From contig CM114271.1 of assembly GCA_050084515.1 (NCBI GenBank), positions 44,578,001 through 44,642,000 of the forward strand: a stretch of 64,000 bases of DNA. The letters run 5' to 3'. The notes beneath the pieces were generated by a model that was not told the DNA's origin, did not search any database, and saw only the letters and a list, made by a program, of their open reading frames with translations. The translations under genes were made by a program, and so were the position numbers. The stretch comes from Blasia pusilla (Eukaryota). Numbering within the stretch: position 1 is the first letter of the stretch; every line of letters starts with the position of its first letter. This document shows positions 28,501-38,838 of the stretch, in pieces.

Positions 28501-29660
28501 CTGCCTTCACGCAAAAATGTGCCTCTAAGGACTTTGGGTGCTCCTATGCAAACTTTGTCCACGCCATGAACATGTGATTTCCATCCCAGATGAAGAAATG
28601 CAGATTCCTCATCGAGCTGAATTCCGTCCCCTCTACTTGCCTTCTGAATTCCTGATCTCTCATTCTCCAGAATGTGTCGAGCTTTTCCAAGTCCTCCTCT
28701 GTAACCAGCGCTTGGGTTCTATGGTCATCGTAAGGCTGAACATAGAACGGAGGGAAGCTGTCGACGTAGGATGCTGTAGCCGCCGATTGTTTGAGCTTTG
28801 CAATATCCTCGTCAGACTGAATTTCGCGGACGTACTCCATTGTCCGCAATCGGCAGAGTGGAATTCTCGAGGCGTTGTGGCCCTCCATCAGTGCCATCTG
28901 CTTTACCACTTGTCACAACCGGGACAAGATCAATAAGCTACACTGAATTGCCAATGAATTGCAAGATGGGCCTTCACATAATTCAAAAAACTCAGATCCT
29001 CTCTTACCCGCTCGAAGATTGGGTCGGTTTCTTGACCAGCCAACTGCTTTGAGACAGCAGCTGGCAAGTCCACTGGAAACTCGTCGATGTGATAGAGGTC
29101 GATTTCTTCCGCCGGGCTTGGAGACGAGGATGACCGCTCTCCTACTTCTTTAGCAATGTCCACCATCTCCACGCTGGCGGTCCTCATGACCTCATCGTTC
29201 GTGATTTGAACTACGGCCGTTTCCGCTATATTGCTTGTGTCCCCGGACTTCATCAGGGATATTTCCCGCATCTCAACACGTTCGGTTGGACGGGCAGGGC
29301 TGTCGTCAATGGCTGTTGTTTTTTTCCTCGCTTTAGCCAATTCTGCTCTCCTCACCGATGCGTCCAGACGCTTCTTTTCTCGCTTTTCGTCGGCGACTCT
29401 TTTCTTCAAGGCCTGCGACATCTCAGCCTCTGCGTCGCATTTTATCGAGCGCCTCTTGTACACGTTTCGCAAGAAGCTCCTGGTTATGCATCTCCGCTTC
29501 CCTTTCCCGCTCCTTGATTTCTTGCTGCCTTATCTCATTTGCCGAACGAGGCCCTGGAGATGGTGACGCAGGATTCCTAATGGACTTGGGAGTGAATTTC
29601 CCAGACTTATTTTCTTGAGCTTTTTTCCTCATTATTTTTCCCGGAAATTCCTCCACCCAT
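25600..29660 (-). pseudogene. Cargo gene of the outer copy: coiled coil + ParB/Srx-like domain + amino-MTase motif IV exon (last exon deleted)
   Basis: IPLCRL...VREI...DIAKLK...FFIWDGNHMFMAW (28571-28597) matches the ParB DGxxR box with R replaced by M. VAVDLLIADLPSG lies at ~25860-25900. A palindrome-rich intron spans ~27680-28435. Confidence 0.68.
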
Positions 29661-29987
29661 GTCCACGATGAATCGCATGATCAGTCGCCTTGCAGATGTC
29701 GAGATGAGTCGCCTTGATGGGTAGCTCGAATTGTCTCGCGATCGTTCGGTCGAACAATCTCGCGATCGTTCGGTCGTATCGTCTCGCGATGACTCGCCGT
29801 GTGAAGCGCCCCTTGGTATGTGATCAGCTGAAGTGCGGGAGAGCAATAGAGATCGCAAAATGGGAAACTAGAAATGAGCAATTTCTCCCCTATTTGTACT
29901 TTTCTAGCCGTTGGGCTGACCGTTGGGTCGCGTCGTCCTTCCGACGGCGACGTGCCGGCCGTTACGGAAGTCTGGACGTGAAAAATG

Positions 29988-30670
29988 GCAACCCGTCGGA
30001 GTCCGACAGGTTGCGCGCCTCCGCCGTCGTGGGACAATAACGCGAGGTGCGCGAGCAACCCGTCGGAGACCGACAGGTTGAGCGCCTCCGCCGTCTTCGG
30101 AGAAGAACGCGAGGTAACCCGCCCAACCCGTCGTAGACCGACAGGTTGCGCGCCTCCGCCGTCTTTGGACAAGAACGGGACGTACCCGCGCAACCCGTCG
30201 GAGACCGTTGGGTTGCACGCTTCCCTCGTCAAGGGTTAACAACGCGGGCTTCCTGCGCAACTCGTCGGAGGCCGACAGGTTGCACGCTTCCTTCATGTAA
30301 GCGAAACAAGGCGAGGCCCTTGCGCAACCCGTCGGAGGGCGACGGGTTGCACGCCTCGCCGTCTTTGGGCAAGAAGGTGCGGCACCCACGGAACTCGTCG
30401 AGAACAAACGGTTTGCATGCTTCCTTCATGTAAGTGTTACACCGTGAGATAATTGGGCAACCCGTCTGATGCCGACGGGTTGCAAGCCTCCGCCATCTTC
30501 GGGCAAGAAGGCGCGGTATTCAAGCAACTCGTCCGAGAGTGACGGGTTGCCAGCTTTGATCATGTTTGCGTTTCAAGGTAAGGCAGAAGCGTGCAACCCA
30601 TCCGAAGCCTACGGGTTGTAGGCTTTGCTCAGCTTGGGTTAAAAGTTGAGTTACCAGGACTCCGACGGGT
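29988..30670. repeat. Tandem ~67-bp units, each containing the palindrome GCAACCCGTCGG-N3-CCGACGGGTTGC
   Basis: Units start at ~29988, 30054, 30122, 30189, 30256 and 30324. They lie between the two divergent genes, with an equivalent array at ~18080-18650. Confidence 0.9.
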
Positions 30671-30899
30671 TCCAACAAAATGAAGTGTGCTTCGCAACCC
30701 ACGTCTCTACTTCCCAAATCCTGTAACAGATTGCAACAGAATTGAATCGGTTCCAACAGAATTGAATCCATTGTTTCAGAAAATTTCACCTACCAAACTT
30801 CATCTTGTTAGTAAAATTCTGTCAGAAGTATCTGATTTCCTATTCACTATAAATTAAAAATTCTCATTCTCATTCTCACTCTCCTCCCGTACAAAATTC

Positions 30900-33800
30900 C
30901 TAGTGCTCCGAGATCTATTTTTGCAACTCCTAGCTCAGTAGATCCGGCTTCGACTCCAACTTCACACGCTCATAACAATGATGTTCTTCTTGCAGAGATT
31001 CCGAATGTTATCAACCTCAGTGGATCTGTCGGACACCAAGCGGGCCCTTTGTCCGCCTACTCGTTCCTCTTGCGAGTATCAGGAAATAGTTTGCTTTCAT
31101 CTCTGGCCTTGAAAATGTTCGAGCACATTCTTGTCGACGAGCAGCCGCCCACATACGATGGCAATTGCATTTTTGAGTTGCCTCCACTTGCTGCTCCTGC
31201 TCAAAAGAAAGATGGAGGACGCCTGAAGGGTATGGACAGAAAGTTTGATTGTCATCGATGGTGTAGGCTTCAACGGACTAGTGCTTCAATTCCAGATGGT
31301 CCTTGGATTGTCTCCCGCCGCCAATGCATTGGAGCCTTGGAGTGTAGAAGTCCAGCATGCCCGTATCTAGAGCGCAACAGGCGAGTCAATACGTCCCAAT
31401 TCCCCCCCAAAAATGCAGAAACTCCATACGAGATCGGTGCCACCATACCGCCGGGAGGCCATCGATGTCCTCATTGTCGCATCGCTTCTTTCGTTGGAGC
31501 GTGTCTGCATTCATATTTTTCATTGTCCACGACTTGGGCTCCACGTCGAGTACACAAGTCTGGCGTTCATGTTGGCTCCCACACTCATCCCGGACCGATG
31601 CAATTCTGGACACATCAAGGAGGATGTGGCCAAGAAAGTTGCCGAGGTCTCTGAAACTCTCCGGGTTCAAAGCCCGGAGTGATCAAACTCACAACGGCAT
31701 CACAAATTTGTGAACAATTGCTTGGAATCCCTGGACAAGGCGAGATCACACGCCGAGGAGAAACAATCGCGGGGAAAATCTCGCCTTTCTCGCTGATCCT
31801 GAATGCTTCCAGAATTTTCTGCGTCAAATACGGGTTCTGGATGGAAAGACGGACGAAATGGATGCCATCGCCAGAATCAAGGCCAACTCCAGATTTCCAT
31901 TCATTCAGAGATGGCAGTTCATGGGCCAAGGAGGCGAGGGATCCAGGGCCTATGTCTTTAAAATGTCAACCACAGGTCCGTCGAGAGGCCTCGATATTAT
32001 AGATCGAATGAGGGAAGGGAAAGATCTTTACGGCAGCTGGGTAAGCTTTGATATTTGCTACAAACTGCTGAACGGATGGTTGACAATGGGTGCTCACGTT
32101 TATCACCATGTGGACAAGGGACTCAAAACTATATTTTTCTGTGAAGTAAAGGCAGAAGACGTTGGCAGTTTGAAGATGTGCTGGTTACTCTTATTGGAGG
32201 TGGTGAAGGAAAACAAAAGGCCACCTCCGGAAATTTATGGGTTCATGGCGGACAATGCACAACCTGGGTGGATTACTATCCGGGAAGTGTTATGGGGTGG
32301 AGAGGTTCAACCGGAGAGGGAAAGGTCGGATGCTTTCCATTGGCAACAGTATGTGACCCGCTACACCAAATCTTGCATCAAAGAGAATAAGAGGACAGAG
32401 CATGTCACTCTACTCCAACGCTGCAAGGACAACAAAACCTTGAAGCAGGCCATGGAATGCCAGGAAGAACTTCATGGGTGGTGGAGGAAGCATGCGATTG
32501 AGGGGAAGTACAAAGAGTTGTGCTCTTGGTTGAGTTGGTGGACTATACGTATGATACAATGGGGAAACTTCATGCGGCAGTTGAGTTCACTATTTTGTCT
32601 TGTCAAGCTCACGCTGAGAATTGTTTGTAAAGTTGCAGCTCAAGTTGAGAAGCGTGGGAACTATAGGGATTTCAAACCAAAGAAACCAAGGAAGCTCGGG
32701 CAACCCGTCGGATGCGACGAGTTGCATCCAGAATTTTGGTGCAACCCGTAGACAAGTATGCAAGTCACATGTATAGAAGGCCTGCAAATAGTTCGACCCG
32801 GATGGCTTTCGGATGACTTGCACTTGGATGACTTGATCTTGCAACGCGTCTGAATCTGACGGGTTGCAGTAGGTGGGTTTAGGGTTGCAACACGTCGGGA
32901 CCCGACGGGTCGCAGAGTCGTTCATGGGATGCCTCGGCCTTGCAACCTGTCTGGTTCTGAGAGGTAGCTTATTTCTTTGACTCCCGAGTTATTTTTGTTC
33001 CCTTCTAACATTGCCGTCGTTGCAGGGATTGAACATTCATAAAAATGCCCTGAAGATAGTGTTCATTCCTCTTGGAGGTCGTCACAAGCATGCCAACGAA
33101 TTTCACTTGTGGAGGCATGCCAACAAGACCAGGCAAGAGCAATGCTACAGTCTCCAGCATCTCATATCTTCCTCACAAAAGGCATAACAAAAGGAAGGGG
33201 GCCGTCGATGTACGAGCTCTATGTTAGGGCGGCTGTGAGATCTGGTGATGAAAAACTACATGTGGAAGCCTTCAACCGGTGCGTAGCTGGAACTCCCCTC
33301 GAGCAAGACGTACACATTGGTGGGGATATTCATGGGCGCGTTTCAAGAGGTCCCATATAGATGGTAGTAGAGCCGTCCGAGCGAGACTCATGGAGACCTG
33401 ATAAGTATCTTGACTTCACGCAGGTGAAGAGGCAGCATCGAGGGACAAATCCGGTGATTGATTTGGATGAGGAAATTACGCCGCCCTGGTATTCAGGGAC
33501 CCCGGACCTATCCCAAATCCGTGATGAAGACCCTTCTACAAAATCAGTGAATGTCTTATTTCTAAAGCCCTCCGTTGTTGGAAGTTCACAACATTCTGTC
33601 ACTGGGGTGGTTCAACAATATGGGATTCCGTTAATGGAGGTGGATTGCAACCTAAAACGGTGGCATATATCTCGGAGCAACCCAGGACACGGACCCACAT
33701 GTAGGGCACGATCTGATCGCATTAGGGGAGCATGCGGCACTTTCCTAAATAAGAACTGTACAAGGACTGGACGACCACTGCCTGGGTTTTGGGGACTCAA

Positions 33801-34508
33801 AACCTTTGATCGTTTCACGAGGATCGGGGATCAATTGAAGTACTTCTTATGCCCAAATGAATCTTGCGCTTTCCGAAAGTCTTATCCGGCTGCCATTGGA
33901 GCTCCGGGGAATATCCCCATGATTTGGCCCATCGCCGTAGGTACGAACTGCACTCAAGACAAAGTGGACAATCTTACAAGTGCCGGTTTCAGACTCGTAG
34001 ACGGGGGAAGTTTGGAGCATGTTTGCGCTACAGAGTCCTTTACATTTCGTATTCAACCCAAGATTGATATCAACATTACCCGGAGAAGGTGGATGATCTC
34101 AATCCACTATTTCTGTTTGAGTCTAGAAATGGGGTGAAGAGAAACAGAATGTGTAGGCCAACGGTGGAGAGAGCAAAGCGAATTGCATCAGTTCGGGAGG
34201 CAAAAATGGAGATCATCGCCATGAAAGATGTCCTGAGTGGCAATGGAATAGGAAGGATGTATTGGGTCAGGAACAACATTGTAAATTCAAGGGTCACAGG
34301 GGTATATGTGGTGCACATCTGTTGCTTTCCCACATGTTCATGTGATGACTTTGTCCAAAGAGAGACAAGTGGCAAAAGTTATTTCCCTTGTAAGCACATG
34401 TACTATGTGTTGCTGGTAGTTTTAAGAGAGTCGGAGGTAGGAGTAGGAATCCACCAACCAATTTTTTCCCTCAAAGAAGTGCGAAGTATTTTAAACAAAC
34501 CACTTTGA
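30900..34508 (+). pseudogene. MULE transposase of the outer copy (best preserved): GCM-like, MULE DDE, SWIM
   Basis: The 297-aa ORF at 31858-32751 has D1, D2 and DAFHW. SWIM CFPTCSCDDF..FPCKH lies in 34089-34508. The intron donor is mutated (CAG|TTGAGT at 32581), and frameshifts are present. Confidence 0.88.
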
Positions 34509-34896
34509 GGATGCAAAATGAGGTTTTAGATTGTACTTTCATTTTTCAAGAAACTTCACTTTTAGCTTGAACTCTATTCAGCCCAGGGCAAATGGTAGAT
34601 TGTTTCCAGACCTTGGATGGAAAAAGTGATTGGTTCCACACTTCTGATTCCACTGATTTTTCAGTTTTGTATATTTTGTGCAATTTGCAACCGGTCGGAC
34701 TCAGATGGGTTGCCAAAATATGGAAGAGAAAAAAAGAAGTGTGGGATTGCTTAATAACTGAGCAAAAAAGTGCAAAAAAATTCACACAAAAAGTTTCCTC
34801 TCTTCAACCCAACGGAAACTCTCTTAAAAAAATTTTATCTATTTCGGTTGAAGGTAGTTTCCTCTCTCCTCTCTTCCTCTCCTCTTACCGCACCTC

Positions 34897-35520
34897 CTCG
34901 CCCTCAACTCAGCAAAGAACTCAACCACGGGGTTGAACCTGGGACGAACCTGACTAGACGGTGCAACTGATCTAGTGCGAGTGACTCCTCCTAAAACATC
35001 ACTAGTGGAAGAGGAAGTAGCCTCTCCTGACTCCTCCTCCTCATCTGGGAACGGCTCCTTCCATGACACATAGTGTGGGTCGTAGTAGAGTCGCCATGCC
35101 TCAATCTCCTGCGCATATCTGTGGGAGAACTCATGGTAATCGTCCATGGGTGCCCCCTCTAAATGCTAGAACATATTATTCCATGTTGTAAACGGGTTGA
35201 ACTCTCTAGAGTTCCTAGCCCGCTATGAGTCACACCAACTCCTAAACTCTGTAACGAAGTCGTGTAGCTCTATGGTGCCTACTGCACCCGAAAACCTACA
35301 CGATCCCCTAGCCCGATCGTCCATCTCGTACGCCCAACTGGTAGGACCACTCAATGTGTATGGTGGATCACTAACACACTCCTCTACACGCTCCCCCTCG
35401 TTTAAAGATGACACAGAAGAAGATCGAGGTGGTCTCTCACGTGGAGACCTTCGAAACCTCGCACCACTCCGGGTAAACCCTCCGGAGCTACTCTCAGGTC
35501 CACTACCTCACCTCTCAAAA
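34897..35520 (-). pseudogene. Gypsy gag fragment, 5' half
   Basis: RFSGAVGTIELHDFVTEFRSWCD...LEGAPMDDYHEF...FNPVVEFFAELRA; homologous to 43140-43703 and 54400-55100. Confidence 0.85.
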
Positions 35521-35898
35521 TCTTGAAAGGACGCCGTGATGGCCCTCGTGCCCGTCTTACACGATCACTCTCAACCTCACGAATAATACCTCAATCACTC
35601 ATCCCAAACATGCGGCACTCGATCTACACTCTCCCTCCCCGAGACGTATAACGTGCGGCAACAAGCGGCGTGGTGCGGCAAATCGACCAGGCTATCATCT
35701 CATCGACAACCTACCTTCAACTTTGGACATCCCACATAGGTCTATGTCCCCTAAACCACATATATAAATGATGCTCTCAGCATCCGCACAACCCAATATC
35801 CCCAAATAAACAACCAAAATCCCAGAATCCCTCACGCGTGCAGCGTAAAAGACCACAATGGGTAACCTTAACACATGTCGATGACGCTCCTCAGCAAC

Positions 35899-38838
35899 TG
35901 TAAATCTCAACCCCAACTCGGTCTTGGAGACAGCTCCTCCAATCAGCAAGTCATACTCCTCCCGTATTGAGGCTGCTCAAAACTCCTCGATAGATAGTGT
36001 GGTTCCATCGGAACGGTGCAGCGTTGCAGGCGGCACGAAACGGCTACGAACGGCACGGCCCTCGATGGTGGGATGCAGCACTCGGTGGCATACCCTCCTC
36101 AATCAACAATAAACCCACACTTTGCTCCATAATGACGATGTGGCTCCGCGATCGAGACAATCCGGTGTGGCCACGAGCGGCACGGCACGACAATCGACAG
36201 CGCATTGCGGCGATGGGTGTCACGGAAAGGTACTCAATCGTCGTCGAGTGGCTACCAATCACAAGATATCATCATGAATAAAAAATCGAACACCATAACC
36301 GGAGATCATCTGCCATCACTGGTTGATGACCAAACTGCCATGACGGTGGTGGCCAAAACAAAGTACGTGGTGGCAACGCAAGTCAGAGAATCAATGAACG
36401 TTGTGGAAGATCCTCCACTCCGTAAGGAGGGCAATGGCAATCAAAGGGTGGACAACGGCCGAATGCGGGTCTGAGCAACGTTGGGTGACGGCAACGGCCG
36501 ACGATGGACGGTGGACCGTTGATGGTGACGACGGACCATTGATCGTGATGGTTGATCGTTGATGGTGACTATGACGGCGACGGCCGTCACCGGTGTCGTG
36601 TCGAGAATCTTTCTTCGAGCAAGGGCGGGCCTTCTAGCTGCGGTAGATGCGGTCGATGCAAGGTGAACTCTCTAATAAGTTCTCCTTTTTCAATAAAAAA
36701 TTATGATGTACACTCTCCATTCTCTCACGACACGTATCACAAATGGAAGTGCCGAGGCGATCACTTCTTCGGAACATCGGACCCCGAAATTCCTAACTAT
36801 AAAATCCCTATAAACTATTTTACGTTTGTACACGAGGAAGATAGCACAACTAGTGTTAAACCCTACTTGACCAGGCCTATTGACATCCATGGATCGCTAT
36901 ATAAGGACATACAAAGTACAATCCCATGTCCTTCCATATGTGACAATAGGAAGAATCACCGGAGTTGGAGATTGCATGACCTGGTTCATGAACGCCTCCC
37001 CAAAGTGATAAACTAAATAGCGAGTGAACTCGTGCCTATCTACAAAAAGTACCTTGACATGGTAAGGGTTGAGGAAAGGAAAGTCGAGCACAGCTCGTGC
37101 TCCACCCCTATCCATGCTTGACAGACATTCTCTACTCTCCTCAAGAATGGGTTTTGGCGGAGATATTCTCCCAAGAGGGGTAATCCAATCTCATTGGGAA
37201 AGTAACAAGCCAAAACATCCGCTATTTTAGTATGACTAAACTCCTCTACGGTGACAAACCTCTCATCCCCACACATACACACACCACACTCTAGAAACCT
37301 CTCGAAGAATAGACCATGATCAAGTTACTCTCCCAAGAAGGGTGATCCACTCTCATTGGAAGAGTAAGCAATCCCAAAGCCATACACTCAAGAGAGACAC
37401 GAGAGACTCAAGATGTGGAATAGAAGGTGATGAACCCTTGAAGGTCCCTCCTCTTTATATACTCACAAGGGATCCACAAGAGTACGAAATAGAGCTTATC
37501 TTATCTTGTGCCACATGGCTTCCTCTCAAGGCTTAGCCAATCACATTTTGACACAAGAAGATTTCCTCTTATCTCTTCCAAAATATCCTCTTTTATCCAC
37601 TTGATATTTTCCAAATTACCCCAACTAACCTAGCCACCAACCAAGACTACTTTTGCTTTTCATTAAAGCAATTACTTTACTTTTATAAAGTCATCTTTTA
37701 TTTATTACCTCCTTTTCCTAAAGTTGGGCCCCCATAAAAAAGGCACCATAAAGAGGTTTAAACATAAGAATCTCCTTTTTCTAAGCCAATTTACTTAATA
37801 CTAATGAAACTCTATCTAACACTTAATGACGAAGGAGTTTACACACTGGTTGATTTTACTATACACATCGGCATGGCGGCTGGTTTAGGGTTTGAACAAT
37901 TTAACCCTAAAAATTGCCTAGCAATGGAAGTTTTGCAAGATTGACCATAACTTTCTTCTCACAACTCCAAATTGCACATTGTTTAATGCATAGCATGCAC
38001 AACTTCATGATCTACGACAACGTTAAAAAAATATTTAGAATCAAATATTTGAGTAAAAACTGAAGGGGACTATTGTAAAGCCTAATGTCTCTTTCTCCTA
38101 CACAAAATTTGGCAGTGCTTCCGCGCTGATTTCTCCCAACGAAAATGTAAAACCTGTAAAAATACAAATCAGCAAGCTACATGGTGCTCCCGAAAGCACC
38201 GGCATGGGGCAACCCGCCCCCATAATCAATCCCTATCAAAAATTGGGCAGCACTTCCGCGCATCACTCTTCCACACGAAAAATCGGCAAATGCAAAGAAC
38301 AATCAAAGCATCCCTTGCTCCAGTGAGCACTCCCATGAGCCTCTAAATAGGAAACACCTTCCCCAAACTGCAAAAACAACGAGTGACCTCCCCCATGAAG
38401 CTCTCTCACTCTCTCTTTGTAAAGTAAGATCCAATCTCTCTCACAACACCATAGTTCTCACATGTGTGCACTCTCTCTCATGTCAAACCAAACCCACTCT
38501 CCTAATGAGAGGTTTGGGTTACATTCACAAGGCAAGGAACCATAGCTCCGCCGCCTCATGCCAAGAGGTTCAACAAAGTGAGAATGAGCTCTCAAGCTCT
38601 CTTTCCTTGAGATATGCCCCACCCCTCTCCCAAGCTCTCTCCATGGTAACCTATTCTCCCAAGTCACCTCCTTGGCTCTTGACCTGATTTAGGACGTTAA
38701 GGGCCACTTACCAAAAATAAAAAGTTGGTCATATACTCAAAATGGTACTTACCTAGAATAGTAAGTTCCTCAATATGGCTCCAAATGAGCCGAAACGAAG
38801 GGGAAACCTTCTTTCTCAAGTTTCCTGAGGCCTTAGCA
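35899..38838. repeat. Interspersed LTR-like repeat (TG...CA), copy 1, with ~1.3 kb extra internal sequence
   Basis: Collinear with 44554-46192 from TGTAAATCTC to GGCCTTAGCA. No TSD was found. Confidence 0.6.

Larger units (their letters stand above)
13480..34896 (+). mobile_element. MULE copy with both ends (~11.3 kb excluding the nested copy), 11-bp TSD
   Basis: Left end is GGGGCTGGTATTCTGGCAGGAGAGAGTAAGAG and right end is CTCTTACCGCACCTC. The TSD CTCGCCCTCAA lies at 13469-13479 and 34897-34907. Removing the element restores a gag reading frame. Confidence 0.93.

Noticed and set aside
29988-30500. CRISPR-like array of palindromic repeats at regular spacing
   Set aside because: The spacers resemble each other, there are no cas genes, and the context is a eukaryotic transposon.
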